In this document: piece by piece, positions 1 through 10,397 of the stretch | Layout: every line of letters starts with the position of its first letter | How positions within the stretch are numbered: the first letter of the stretch is position 1 | Made by a program: the position numbers and the translations under genes | The notes under the pieces: generated by a model | The model's database searches: none | Told to the model about the DNA's origin: nothing | Seen by the model: the letters and a program-made list of their open reading frames with translations, nothing else | From: Thermoproteota archaeon | GTDB lineage: Archaea; Korarchaeota; Korarchaeia; Korarchaeales; JAOZGB01 | Reading direction: 5' to 3' | Assembly (NCBI GenBank): GCA_037917685.1 | Contig: JAVCBU010000012.1 | Location: 320,001 to 384,000 of the forward strand | DNA: 64,000 nt

Positions 1-2
1 AA

Positions 3-332
3 TACTTAACACTATTCTTCTTTGATAGAACCGTGCCCAGAGAGCTATATTATAGTATCCAGAGGAGACTGAACATTATGGGTATTGGAGCGGTATGGCA
101 GCCAAATTCAGCTGTTAAGAATGTAAGAAGCTACGAAAAGATAGTAGAGTACTGTATTAGAAGAAACATAAGAATAATAGCTACCTTTGACAAGAAATTC
201 AAATATGACACTGCAAACACAGGAAAGAAGATTAAAATCTTAAGATTGAAGGGTGGAAGACAAAAGACTGTAAATAAGATCATTGGTAAGCTGTTTCAGG
301 CATACCATTCCCTGAACCAGGTCAAAAACTGA
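3..332 (+). CDS. PIN-like (DUF5615/Mut7-C-type) protein, 5' end probably outside the window
   Basis: Frame is open from base 3 (YLTLFFFDRTVPREL...). FFFDRTVP...RIIATFDKKF...ILRL resembles the hhDENhP...RhhhTxDKDF...hLR pattern. Confidence 0.45.
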   Translation, partial: YLTLFFFDRTVPRELYYSIQRRLNIMGIGAVWQPNSAVKNVRSYEKIVEYCIRRNIRIIATFDKKFKYDTANTGKKIKILRLKGGRQKTVNKIIGKLFQAYHSLNQVKN

Positions 333-393
333 TTTATCCTATTACCACTTGAGTCTAGAAACCTAAATAAATAATTACAAGATAAGAGTACCT

Positions 394-2181
394 GTGCTAA
401 ATCTCAAAGCCATCTTTTTGATTCCCTTTGTAGTACCAATAACCCTACTGCACCCAACTGGGGAGGTTACGGTGTTAGGTGTTGTCCAGGGGCCTGTTGT
501 CTATCATCACTGTGGGATATCCGGAGTATGTTGGCTTGAATTTCCAATCCTCGTGGTTGACGTTATCTCAGGTTCAGGTGTAGTGGAAGGTGGCACTATT
601 AATGTTCTCTACGTCTCGGATGACACTCTAAAGGTTAAGGAGATAGTGAGAATGGGTGGATTATTCGATGGAGAAAAAATAATAGTCGACACGAGATACG
701 GTGGATATCTTAGACATGAAGGGTTTTATTTTGAACCTTTAGTTTTTGCGTGGGCCGAGAAGAATGTTGTAAAGGTCGGCCAGAAGGCTAAGATTTACTA
801 CATGCTTAATGCATCATTCAACTGTCAGGTTCAAGCCTATGTGTACAAGCCGGATGGAAAAACTGAAAAAGTATATGAAAAATGGAATGTAGCACCAGGA
901 GAGGTGGCCGCGTTTACTGATACCCCAGAAATGGAGGGTGGATATACCTATGTAATAGAGGCTTACGATGGTATTTCAACATCTAAAGCTTCACTACAAA
1001 TAGCTGTCAAATCCGAGGAGCCTCCACCACCTGGTAAAGAGAAAAAGTATTATAATGTTACATTCAGGGTTGAGAGCCTTACAGGTATACCTATAGAAGG
1101 TGCCGAGATTTACCTAAACGATGCTTACATCGGCGCCACTTCGGAGAATGGCACATTATATGTTGAGAACATAGAGGAGGGTACATATAGTTTAAGGGTG
1201 ACAGCTAATGGATACGAGGAATACTCTAAGGTCATAACTATAAGCTACGACCTTGTAGCTATCACTTTGAAAGTTGAAGAGCCTGATGTAGAGGTTAAAG
1301 TAAACCCCTCGGAACTCTGGATTATGGCAGGGGAGCCCTTCGATATCAAAATTCAAATCGAAACGTCAGGCCCCCCAATTTTGATAGAAACTCTCGAGTA
1401 TTACACCACCAAGGGTGTGAATATCATTAATAGAAGCATAATTGAGAACCAGATACTACAAAACAGGGATATAACAGTTGTATATGAAGGGTCTGCGGAG
1501 GCAGAGGGTTCCTTTAAAATTACATTCACACTACGATATCAGCTGATAAATGGAGAACGCAGAGAGATAAGTAAAACAGTAAATGTACATTGTACCGGGT
1601 TTTCAGCTAGTTATAAGCGATATATAGAGTTGGAAATACACATTCCAAATGGTAACGGCACTCTAAGGTTTTACTATCCTGGTGTAGACATGAATTTGAT
1701 TAACTCTATGTCTAAATATCTCAAAGATGAAAGCCGAAACTTGCTTAACAACGTGTTTGGCGAGTATGATGCAATTAAGGACTACACCGGTTTCGAGGGG
1801 AAAACCCCATACTATGCATTTAATTTCCGTATCAATATAACTGCAAACAAAGTAAAAATAGGAGAGATATTCGTTTCCTCCGATACAACCGTGTTCAGAG
1901 TTATTGTGAAGCTGGAGCAGGGATATATGTTAACAAAGTATCCCCAATATTTTTCTATTTATGAAGAGAATGGTTTAACAGCAATAGCTGAGTTTTCTGC
2001 TTCGACACAAGGATTTACGATTGTATACAGAGAGGAGGAGAAGCCCCCAAGTAGAGGTAAAGAGAATAGAATTGTGAAAATATTACCTTATGCGGGTATA
2101 TTAGCTGCTATTATAGTGGGTACTATGATCTACCTAAAGAGCCGCCCGAAGTATTATAGACCTTCTCGACGATTCCGATAG
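394..2181 (+). CDS. Secreted, membrane-anchored protein with PEGA/carboxypeptidase-regulatory-like domain
   Basis: Hydrophobic N-terminus; PIEGAEIYLND..IGAT..NG...IEEGTYSLRVTANGY PEGA-like motif; C-terminal TM helix and basic tail. Confidence 0.7.
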   Translation: MLNLKAIFLIPFVVPITLLHPTGEVTVLGVVQGPVVYHHCGISGVCWLEFPILVVDVISGSGVVEGGTINVLYVSDDTLKVKEIVRMGGLFDGEKIIVDTRYGGYLRHEGFYFEPLVFAWAEKNVVKVGQKAKIYYMLNASFNCQVQAYVYKPDGKTEKVYEKWNVAPGEVAAFTDTPEMEGGYTYVIEAYDGISTSKASLQIAVKSEEPPPPGKEKKYYNVTFRVESLTGIPIEGAEIYLNDAYIGATSENGTLYVENIEEGTYSLRVTANGYEEYSKVITISYDLVAITLKVEEPDVEVKVNPSELWIMAGEPFDIKIQIETSGPPILIETLEYYTTKGVNIINRSIIENQILQNRDITVVYEGSAEAEGSFKITFTLRYQLINGERREISKTVNVHCTGFSASYKRYIELEIHIPNGNGTLRFYYPGVDMNLINSMSKYLKDESRNLLNNVFGEYDAIKDYTGFEGKTPYYAFNFRINITANKVKIGEIFVSSDTTVFRVIVKLEQGYMLTKYPQYFSIYEENGLTAIAEFSASTQGFTIVYREEEKPPSRGKENRIVKILPYAGILAAIIVGTMIYLKSRPKYYRPSRRFR

Positions 2182-3718
2182 CCCTTGTTCTTCCCTCCCT
2201 TAGGACTATTTTATCACCTTTGGTAACGTATAGAGGTCTATATAGGAATTTTAACCTGACAGTGGCGGTATCCCCGGTTCTTAGGGGCTCCTTAGACATT
2301 TTAACAAACTTTACGGTCCGCCTAGCTGACATTATATGTGCGACGGCTTCGTATCCTCTTCTAATCATTGTAGGATGATTAAGAATAAACAAGTTAACAT
2401 CCACGGCGTAAATAGCTTCAGGCTTTATCTCCGTATCTAAAAGTGACATCCCCTTTTCTATTTTCTTATATTCTATATTTTTAAGGGCTAGGCAGGCATG
2501 CTTCCCAGCCACCGCCCTATCTACTTTAACTCTGTGGACTTCTATAGATTTAACTTTAACCATTTCAAAGCTTCCATCGCTAAGGGGCCCTATGTACACA
2601 TCATCTCCAACCTTTACTGAGCCCTGAAGAATTAAACCATGCACAACCGGCCCTATTCCTGTAATATTGAATTTTTCCTCAACGTACATCTTGAAGGGCC
2701 TATCAACCTTGTCAGCCCACTCATTCCTCGGGGGAAGCAGGTTTAGGAAGCTTGACAGAAGATCTAAGCCGCGCCCTGTTTTATTAGAAACTAGGAATAT
2801 GGGCATAATTCTGCCGCTTGTCATATGTCTGGCGGATACGGCAACATCATCCATTCCTCTAACCAAATAAGGAATCTTATTGACCGATGGAAGTTTAGCT
2901 ATCTTTGAAACCTCCTCTACCGTTCTGTTAAGCCTTGGCTCTGAAGCCAGATCTATCTTGGTGACAACGCAGAATATTGGAATTCTAAGGGAGACTGCTA
3001 CACCAAATTGCTCTCTAGCCATACCTATAGGTCCGGCGTTAGCTGCAACAACAAACATCGCATAATCGGGTTTGTACGCGCATACGCCCCTAAGTGACGT
3101 CTTAAAGTATTTCTCGTGACCGGCAAGGTCAACGAAACACACTATTTTTGAACTCCTAATGTAAACTTCATCTTCGCTTGGTGTTGGAATAAGCTTATTC
3201 ACGATTTTTCCATTTTTATCGAAGCCAACAAGAGTTGTAGAGATGGCTGATGTTCTCCCACTCACTATTTCATGCGGGTGTCTGGCTATTAGGGCCATCG
3301 CTGAACCTCGCCCATCGTCAAGGATATTGTACGCTAGCACCCCTATCAATGTTGACTTGCCGCTATCAACATTACCTATCGTTGGAATGGTTATTATTGG
3401 AGGATCTCCAGCTATTCTCCTTACGTAAATTTCATAGACAAATCTATCTTTAACTTTAATTTTCCTTATAATTTTCAGAGAGGCGGGGATGAGGCTTGCC
3501 GCTTTCTTGAGGTTTTCAATACTTTTTATAGCTACCTCCTGAGATATACCTACCGGTTCTCCGTCATCAGTCACCCCCAACTCATACCACGCTTCCCCTC
3601 CACCCTCGTTTAGTCTATACTTCATCTGGGAAGCTATCTTTTCAATCTTATGTGGGTCGTCTACTCTAAGCTTGTACTCTACCGGCCCTGTTTCGCTTTC
3701 CCCACCGAACTTTTTCAT
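2123..3718 (-). CDS. Translational GTPase, GTPBP1/2 family (archaeal GTPBP)
   Basis: GPVEYKL...QMKYRLNEGGGEAWYELGV N-terminal domain; GNVDSGKST, DLAGHEKY, TKID; EF-Tu-like domains II/III ending REGRTRAIG. Start moved to the ATG at 3718. Confidence 0.9.
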   Translation of the reverse strand: MKKFGGESETGPVEYKLRVDDPHKIEKIASQMKYRLNEGGGEAWYELGVTDDGEPVGISQEVAIKSIENLKKAASLIPASLKIIRKIKVKDRFVYEIYVRRIAGDPPIITIPTIGNVDSGKSTLIGVLAYNILDDGRGSAMALIARHPHEIVSGRTSAISTTLVGFDKNGKIVNKLIPTPSEDEVYIRSSKIVCFVDLAGHEKYFKTSLRGVCAYKPDYAMFVVAANAGPIGMAREQFGVAVSLRIPIFCVVTKIDLASEPRLNRTVEEVSKIAKLPSVNKIPYLVRGMDDVAVSARHMTSGRIMPIFLVSNKTGRGLDLLSSFLNLLPPRNEWADKVDRPFKMYVEEKFNITGIGPVVHGLILQGSVKVGDDVYIGPLSDGSFEMVKVKSIEVHRVKVDRAVAGKHACLALKNIEYKKIEKGMSLLDTEIKPEAIYAVDVNLFILNHPTMIRRGYEAVAHIMSARRTVKFVKMSKEPLRTGDTATVRLKFLYRPLYVTKGDKIVLREGRTRAIGIVEKVYNTSGGSLGRS

Positions 3719-3791
3719 TTTGAATTCCTGCCTGATTATATTATGGTGTGACTGGAATAAAAAATTAAGAGGAAGCACGGATTAGCAGAAT

Positions 3792-4994
3792 GTGAAATTG
3801 AGGAAGTTTTATGTTGTTTCTGAAGAGGAAATAAAGAAAGGAAAGGTTACGGATGTCTACTTTACAAGAACCGTCGAAGTTCTTAAGTCAAAAGGTTTGG
3901 ACAAGGTAAATGTTTCAATGGAGATTTCGGCACACAGCATTCCTCGAGGATGGAGTTGGGGTGTACTCGCAGGTGTAGAGGAATTTGCAAACCTGCTTGA
4001 AGGCATAGAGGTAGACTGCTACTGTATGGAGGAGGGGGAAATTTTCACTCCTGAAATACCTGTAGCATTAATAAAGGGACGGTATGGGAAGTTTGCGGTG
4101 TACGAAACATCGATCCTCGGCCTCTTAAGTCAACCATCCGGAGTAGCAACAACAGCTGCCCATGTTAAGTTAGCTGCCCGAGGGAAACCTGTGGTAAACT
4201 TTGGCATCAGAAGGATGCACCCAGGGATAAGTTTATCCATAGAGCGAGCAAGCATAATCGGCGGATGCGATGGTTCCTCCGGGATATTGCTCGAGGAGCT
4301 TGGACTGAAGCCAGTAGGAACCATGCCTCACGCCTTAATACTAATATTTGGAGATCAGGCCGAGGCATGGAAGGCGTTTGACGAGGTTCTCCCTAAAGAC
4401 ATACCTAGAGTGGCGCTTGTTGATACTTATTGGGATGAAAAAACGGAGGCTATCCTTGCCGCTGAAACCCTCGGAGATAGGTTATATGCTATTAGGCTCG
4501 ATACTCCAAGATCTAGAAGGGGAAAGATGGTTGACATTGTGAAGGAAGTGAGGTGGGAACTGGATAGCAGGGGTTTCCAAAATGTTAAAATATTTGTCTC
4601 AGGTGGTTTGGATGACAAGAAAGTGAGAGAGCTGTCGGAAGCCGGTGCTGATGCTTTTGGGGTTGGAACATTCATAACAAACGCTGAAACTGTCGACTTT
4701 GGGATGGATATAGTAGCGGTTGAAGGTAAACCTAGATCCAAGAGAGGGAAACTTTCAGGTGAAAAGCAGGTTTACAGGTGCCCAAGGTGTTTTAGGACTG
4801 TTGTGACCAAATGGGAAAGTAAAAATATTGTCTGTGAGCAGTGTCGAGTCGAGATGGAGGCTCTACTTAGACCCTTGGTAATACAAGGTAAAATTGTGAG
4901 AGAAAAACCTAACATTGTCAAGGTTAGAAGTAGAGTTTTAGAGAAGATCAAGACATTGGAAGGGAGAGAGATTAAGGTCATATATGAGGCATAG
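3792..4994 (+). CDS. pncB: Nicotinate phosphoribosyltransferase
   Basis: TDVYF, FGIRRMHP, GTMPHAL, LVDTY, IRLDTP, SGGLD, FGVGT motifs; C-terminal Zn ribbon. Confidence 0.92.
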   Translation: MKLRKFYVVSEEEIKKGKVTDVYFTRTVEVLKSKGLDKVNVSMEISAHSIPRGWSWGVLAGVEEFANLLEGIEVDCYCMEEGEIFTPEIPVALIKGRYGKFAVYETSILGLLSQPSGVATTAAHVKLAARGKPVVNFGIRRMHPGISLSIERASIIGGCDGSSGILLEELGLKPVGTMPHALILIFGDQAEAWKAFDEVLPKDIPRVALVDTYWDEKTEAILAAETLGDRLYAIRLDTPRSRRGKMVDIVKEVRWELDSRGFQNVKIFVSGGLDDKKVRELSEAGADAFGVGTFITNAETVDFGMDIVAVEGKPRSKRGKLSGEKQVYRCPRCFRTVVTKWESKNIVCEQCRVEMEALLRPLVIQGKIVREKPNIVKVRSRVLEKIKTLEGREIKVIYEA

Positions 4995-5012
4995 GTGTAC
5001 CGGGCTTAGAAA

Positions 5013-5849
5013 TCAGGTTTTAATCCCAAGTTCCAGGTTTGCTAGTTCATAGTGTTTTTTAAGGGTTGAGACTGAAACGTGAGTGTAAATTTGTGTAGTA
5101 GCTAGGGAGCTGTGGCCAAGAAGTTCTTGTATATATCTAATATCTACGTTTCTGTCGAGGAGATGCGTGCTAAATGAGTGCCTTAGTTTGTGGGGGGTAC
5201 ATCTTTTCTGCCAATCTGATATGCCGGCCTTTCTTCCAGCTTTTTTAATCATTCTCTGAACATTTAGCGGCCTCATCCTTCGGCCTACCTTGTTGATAAA
5301 TAGGGGCCCGGTTTTCCTCTGCCCTATGTATTGCCGTATTAGATCGGCGGCCTCTTTTGTAAAGAAGGATATACGGTCTTTCCGCCCCTTTCCACCCCGC
5401 ACCCTAACTATTCCCCTTTCGAGATCTAAATCTTCGACGTTAAGGTTGCAAAGTTCTGAAACCCTCAAACCTGAGGTATATAGTAATAGTATAATTGCCT
5501 TGTCTCTTAATCGGCCAGCGGCCTCCACCATTCTCCTTATCTCTTCTGGCGTGAGAACTTCAGGTAGTTTCCTCCCGATTCTTGGAGGTCTTATAGATTC
5601 ATAGTCTGTTCTTCCAGCCCACGAAAGATACCGTCTTAGTACAACGGTATGAATGTATAGGGTTGAAATGTTGTATCCGCTTCTCCTCCTTTCAAGGAGA
5701 TAGTCTTTAATCTTTTCAATACTACAGTCAGCTGGGTCTCGCCCAACTATATTAAGAAAAGTGTTGAGTATGCTTTTGTAGGTCTTAATAGTGTATTTGC
5801 TTTTCCCCTCTAATTCAAGTTCTGCTATGAAGCGCTCTATTCTATTCAT
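5013..5849 (-). CDS. xerA: Tyrosine recombinase XerA
   Basis: SGLRVSEL, GKGRKDR, TPHKLRHSFSTH, LGHSSLATTQIYTH (complete R-K-H-R-H-Y set); size typical of XerA. Confidence 0.88.
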   Translation of the reverse strand: MNRIERFIAELELEGKSKYTIKTYKSILNTFLNIVGRDPADCSIEKIKDYLLERRRSGYNISTLYIHTVVLRRYLSWAGRTDYESIRPPRIGRKLPEVLTPEEIRRMVEAAGRLRDKAIILLLYTSGLRVSELCNLNVEDLDLERGIVRVRGGKGRKDRISFFTKEAADLIRQYIGQRKTGPLFINKVGRRMRPLNVQRMIKKAGRKAGISDWQKRCTPHKLRHSFSTHLLDRNVDIRYIQELLGHSSLATTQIYTHVSVSTLKKHYELANLELGIKT

Positions 5850-6672
5850 TCTTATCCTCGAATATCATTCCTCTTATATTCAGAGAGGAAAACATTTGGT
5901 TAAAATATTCTTTATCTATAGGGCCTGTCATATCCAGTTTAATTGGAGTTATAGATATAGCCTTCTCCACCTCAAGCGAGTAAAGATCCGTACCTTTCTC
6001 AATATCTGTTGTAACAGTCCCTCCTAGCCAGTAGTATAACTTACCTTGAGGGTCTCTTCTTTCTATGATGTAATTTTCGAATTTCATCCTCGCAAGCCTT
6101 GTAACATGAATCTCCATATCCTTAGTGATTACCATTGGGAAGTTTACATTTAACAAATCTACCCCGGTAGGCAGCCCTTTATCCCCCACCCACTTCACAA
6201 TGTCCGCGGCTATCTTGGCGGCTTTATCAAAAAGCTTTGTATATTCAGATTCTCTTACAAAATAGTCGTGTGGAATTTTCATTGAGAAAGCTACGGAGGG
6301 AACCCCTAATAGTGATGCCTCAATCGCAGCAGCTACTGTTCCGCTGGTAAGGAGCGTGTCAATAGTTGTGTTATCTCCAGGGTTTATCCCAGAGACGACT
6401 ATATCCGGCTCCCGACTTAGAACCTTATGGAAAGCCATTTGAATAGCATCCCCTGGGGACCCTGAAACTATGTATGCAGTACCAAGGCCGGCGACATTCA
6501 TCCTATTAAGCCTTAATGGTTTGTGTAATGTCAGGCTTTTTCCCGTAGCGCTTCTCGGCTGTTCAGGAACTACAACAGACACTTCCGAAACTTCTTTAAG
6601 CTCTCTCCAGAGGCTTCTAAGCCCATGTGAGTATAAGCCATCATCATTCGTCAACAAAACTTTTAGCGGCAA
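5842..6672 (-). CDS. surE: 5'/3'-nucleotidase SurE
   Basis: LLTNDDG, SGINPGDN, SGTVAAA motifs. Confidence 0.95.
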   Translation of the reverse strand: MPLKVLLTNDDGLYSHGLRSLWRELKEVSEVSVVVPEQPRSATGKSLTLHKPLRLNRMNVAGLGTAYIVSGSPGDAIQMAFHKVLSREPDIVVSGINPGDNTTIDTLLTSGTVAAAIEASLLGVPSVAFSMKIPHDYFVRESEYTKLFDKAAKIAADIVKWVGDKGLPTGVDLLNVNFPMVITKDMEIHVTRLARMKFENYIIERRDPQGKLYYWLGGTVTTDIEKGTDLYSLEVEKAISITPIKLDMTGPIDKEYFNQMFSSLNIRGMIFEDKNE

Positions 6673-6675
6673 CTT

Positions 6676-7104
6676 TCACACCCCATATACTATTACATCC
6701 ACTCTCCTGTTCCTAGGACCGTCAAGCTCGATAAAAAGAATAGATTGCCAAGTACCAAGCACTAACCTGCCATCGTAGAATGGAATGTTTATTGAAGGAT
6801 TTAATAAGCAGTTAAGGATATGGGCGTGCGCATTTTGCTCAGTAGGTACACTTCCATATTTCAAGTTGTGTCTGTACTTTGCATTTATTGGTACAAGCCT
6901 GGTTAAGGCTTCTAGAATATCATTCCATAAGTCAGGGTCCGGCTCATTTACAGCTATAGTAGCAGTCGTATGAGGTACAAAAAGAATAGTGAAACCATTT
7001 TTAAATCCAGACTCTCCTATTATCTGAGAAATCCTGCTTGTAATGTCTATAATCTGTAGTTTAGAAGTAGTCTTCAACCTGATTTTAGCTTTGTGCAGGT
7101 TCAC
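6676..7104 (-). CDS. yjbQ: YjbQ/UPF0047 family protein
   Basis: HTTATIAVNE, NAHAH, LGTWQSILFIELDGPR. Confidence 0.93.
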   Translation of the reverse strand: MNLHKAKIRLKTTSKLQIIDITSRISQIIGESGFKNGFTILFVPHTTATIAVNEPDPDLWNDILEALTRLVPINAKYRHNLKYGSVPTEQNAHAHILNCLLNPSINIPFYDGRLVLGTWQSILFIELDGPRNRRVDVIVYGV

Positions 7105-8899
7105 GCTTTTTCACCAGTTTAAAAGCAATAATTACCAATATTATAGCTACAAGAGTCAATGCTATAGATACTATAATATGTCTCTCAGACCTGTGAGAAC
7201 CTGCTACTACTTCTACTTGCCTACTGTTTTTCCTATCTATTCCAGGAACATAGTCATACGGGTCTACAATTATCTCTGTAGGTCTCGTGGCCAATGTAAT
7301 GTTGAATTCTATTCTAGAATCATTTACCCATACTGTTGATAGCTTCTCTCCAGACTCTGTTTTGATTAGTATCGGGACCAGATTAATATATCTGGAGTTC
7401 GACTGATAAATTGAGAAATGAAGCACATATTTGCCCTTTTCAGTAAGAGCATAGGCATCTTCGATCTTAAAAGCGGTATTTCCTGCATCGAAAAGCCATT
7501 CATTAAAGAACCATTGGAGGCTGGATCCATACACCTTTTGACAGGTGTCTATGAAGTCCTGGATTCTTATCAGCTTAAACTTTGACCTTTCAAAATGCAA
7601 CCTTAAGGCTTCGAAGAATTTTTCATCGCCCATAACAAATCTTAATAGTCTAAGTACACAGGCTCCCTTGTCGTATATCATCGTGTAATAGGCGTTGGTG
7701 TCATCTCCAAAGGACCAGACCGACTCTGACAATGGATACTCCTTCTTTCCAGAGTTAAGGTACCTATGATACGAGGAAAGAATGTATCTTTCAAACATCT
7801 CATCGGCTACTTCAGGACCATATTCCCATTCGTAATATAATATCTCGGAGTACTCTGCAAATGCTTCGTCAAGCCATGGTTCGTCATTTTCATCATTCCC
7901 CGCCATGCAGTACCACCATTGATGCGCAGTTTCATGAGCTACTACTAGCTCTAGGAAGTCGGCTGACTCTGCAGTGTACAGGGAGGAGGATATCATAACG
8001 AGATTTGGATACTCCATTCCGCCAAACCAACCATAGGTCTCAACAATTCTATACTCCGGGTAGGGGTACATCCCAAAATGTTCAGAAAAGTGTGTTAAAG
8101 CCTTGACACCCCACTCTAAAGCTTTAATGCCATATTCGCTGTGTTCAGGCAAATAGTAGGAGTAAACAGTAACATTTCCAACTGTTTGTTTGGAAACCTC
8201 GAAATTATTGCCGAAAACTATGACGAACTCCCTAACAGGATTAGCCCTCCATATAGTCGTCTTTAAGCCGTCAGTAATCATTTTATTTATTAGGACACCT
8301 GTTGCAGCTACAATATAGTTTAGGGGACATTTTACTGTAACCAGGTAAGATGCGAACTCGCTGTTAAAAGATTCCCCGTAGGGATAGTAGGGATCATTAT
8401 TCCACCCCACCTCGTCCTCGTAAACAGAGGCTATCGGTAAAGCATTGCCTAAGCAGTAGATTCCGGATTTATACCCGAATCTATCAGCAACGTTCGGAAT
8501 TTTAATTCTGAAATCTATGGTTACATTCACAGCATCTCCGGGTTTTAATGGTTTAGTAAGGATTGTTCTTAGAATCGTTTCATCTTCGCCTTCCACTGTA
8601 AATCTGAGACTATCACCTTCTGTATTTTTAACCTGTAAGATATCGATGTATCCTCCTTTAGACTTAAAGGCGTTAGGATAAATGTGAAAACACAGGTTAT
8701 TTAAGGATTTACTAGCATGGTTAACGTATCTCATATTCAATGTTCCTGTAACCGTTGCGTTAGCCGGCTCGAAGGATAAGGTAATGGTATAACTGTGCAT
8801 TTCTGAATTTTGGGCTGTGACATTAAAAGTTTCCGGGAAGTTTACCGTTGAAAGGACTAATATCAAGATAATTATTATGTTCCGCTTCATTTCCGGCAT
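7085..8899 (-). CDS. Secreted, membrane-anchored M1 family Zn aminopeptidase
   Basis: GGMEYP, HETAHQWW...WLDEAFAEY, YDKGA; signal peptide and C-terminal TM helix. Confidence 0.92.
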   Translation of the reverse strand: MPEMKRNIIIILILVLSTVNFPETFNVTAQNSEMHSYTITLSFEPANATVTGTLNMRYVNHASKSLNNLCFHIYPNAFKSKGGYIDILQVKNTEGDSLRFTVEGEDETILRTILTKPLKPGDAVNVTIDFRIKIPNVADRFGYKSGIYCLGNALPIASVYEDEVGWNNDPYYPYGESFNSEFASYLVTVKCPLNYIVAATGVLINKMITDGLKTTIWRANPVREFVIVFGNNFEVSKQTVGNVTVYSYYLPEHSEYGIKALEWGVKALTHFSEHFGMYPYPEYRIVETYGWFGGMEYPNLVMISSSLYTAESADFLELVVAHETAHQWWYCMAGNDENDEPWLDEAFAEYSEILYYEWEYGPEVADEMFERYILSSYHRYLNSGKKEYPLSESVWSFGDDTNAYYTMIYDKGACVLRLLRFVMGDEKFFEALRLHFERSKFKLIRIQDFIDTCQKVYGSSLQWFFNEWLFDAGNTAFKIEDAYALTEKGKYVLHFSIYQSNSRYINLVPILIKTESGEKLSTVWVNDSRIEFNITLATRPTEIIVDPYDYVPGIDRKNSRQVEVVAGSHRSERHIIVSIALTLVAIILVIIAFKLVKKREPAQS

Positions 8900-8955
8900 T
8901 GTTATTTAGGAGGGATGGGTAATTTTAAACTGTTAGTGTTTCCCTATGTTATGGC

Positions 8956-9651
8956 GTGAACATAAAAGTTACTGTTGACATAAGAGATAAACATTTAATA
9001 TCTCTTTGTAAGAAAATTTTCGAAAATGTCGAGGTTAAACAGCTCGCAATAGGAGATCTCCACATATATAAGGATGAACATGTTATTTTATTAGAGAGAA
9101 AATCTATCAGAGATCTTTTCCAATCGATAGTTACTAATAGACTCTGGGACCAGCTTGCAAGGATGCTTGCAACAGATGAGATAAAAGGTTACACTGTTAG
9201 AAGAAGAATACTGATGATTCATGGTAGTTTAAAGAGTTTTGTCATGGAGAAAGCGTGGTGGGGAGGCAGAGACTCGTCAACACTTTGGGCTCAGCTTATG
9301 GGGGCGCTTCAAGAAATAGTTTTTGTCTACGAAACAGCTGTTTTTATAGCCGAAAATGATGATGCCGAGATACAGTTCATTAGAATTCTCGTTAAAAGGG
9401 AATCTGAGGGGAAAAATGATAAAATGCCTGAGCCTATATGGTTTAGAAGAAGCAAGCCAGCCATACCGTCAAAAGACGCAAAAATCTATCTTTTATCGTC
9501 GATCCCCCAGGTTGGAGATAAACTTGCTAGACAGCTTCTAGAACATTTCGGAACTATAGCGAGGATTGCTAACAGTAGGCCTGAGGAACTTATGAGAGTT
9601 CCCTTAGTGGGAGAGAAAAAGGCGAAAGTGATATATGAGATCTTTCATTAA
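8956..9651 (+). CDS. xpf: Short XPF/ERCC4 structure-specific endonuclease
   Basis: VDIRD, GDL...ERKS..DL nuclease motif; tandem HhH (IPQVG...VPLVGEKKA). Confidence 0.85.
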   Translation: MNIKVTVDIRDKHLISLCKKIFENVEVKQLAIGDLHIYKDEHVILLERKSIRDLFQSIVTNRLWDQLARMLATDEIKGYTVRRRILMIHGSLKSFVMEKAWWGGRDSSTLWAQLMGALQEIVFVYETAVFIAENDDAEIQFIRILVKRESEGKNDKMPEPIWFRRSKPAIPSKDAKIYLLSSIPQVGDKLARQLLEHFGTIARIANSRPEELMRVPLVGEKKAKVIYEIFH

Positions 9652-9695
9652 AGGTTTAAAATTAAACATGGGAACCACCTATGAAGTGAATAAAG

Positions 9696-10394
9696 ATGAT
9701 GCCTATCAGAGATGAGAATCCCAGCGGTATTACCCCTGTCGTAACCTACACAATAATTGCAATCAACGTAGCAGTGTTTTTCTGGCAACTTATCTACGGG
9801 CTTGAAAAATCTGTTTACGAACATGGTTTTATACCATATCTAGCTCAAGTTGATATTGAAGGCAGCTTTTACAGGTTTTTAACATCTATGTTCCTCCACG
9901 GAGGTTTTACACATATCTTCGGAAACATGCTTTACCTATACATATTTGGAGACAATGTTGAGGCTGCCTTCGGCAGGGTGGGATACAGCATTTTCTACCT
10001 TGCAAGTGGATTAGCGGCTAGCATCGCACATATGATGTTCAATCTAGGTTCAAGAATCCCTGCTGTCGGTGCTTCGGGAGCCATAAGCGGGGTTTTAGGG
10101 GTATATTTGGTGTTATACCCAAATGCAAACATCATAACCCTTGTATTCTATCCATACGGGTTTGCAGCGACATATAAGATCAGGAGCGTCTATTATTTGG
10201 GTTTCTGGTTTATATATCAACTTATCCCCGCATTTCTGGGTGAAACAACCGGAGTAGCGTACTGGGCGCACATAGGAGGCTTCGTTCTCGGGGTTCTCGT
10301 CGCCTTACCGTTGAGAAGCAAGCTTAGGAGGAGACGCAGACATGTTATGCCTGTACCATGGTATGAGGAGTGGAGATACGAAGTCTACGTATAG
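9696..10394 (+). CDS. Rhomboid intramembrane serine protease
   Basis: SMFLHGG..HIFGNM, GASGAISG, AYWAHIGGF. Confidence 0.95.
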   Translation: MMPIRDENPSGITPVVTYTIIAINVAVFFWQLIYGLEKSVYEHGFIPYLAQVDIEGSFYRFLTSMFLHGGFTHIFGNMLYLYIFGDNVEAAFGRVGYSIFYLASGLAASIAHMMFNLGSRIPAVGASGAISGVLGVYLVLYPNANIITLVFYPYGFAATYKIRSVYYLGFWFIYQLIPAFLGETTGVAYWAHIGGFVLGVLVALPLRSKLRRRRRHVMPVPWYEEWRYEVYV

Positions 10395-10397
10395 GAG

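Noticed and set aside
4995-5012. dif site near xerA
   Set aside because: I saw no 11-6-11 imperfect palindrome of the archaeal dif type here or in the other spacers examined by eye.
5013-5849. Tyrosine recombinase as the integrase of a mobile element
   Set aside because: Size and motifs fit chromosomal XerA. It overlaps surE among housekeeping genes, and I saw no att repeats, tRNA target or cargo genes.
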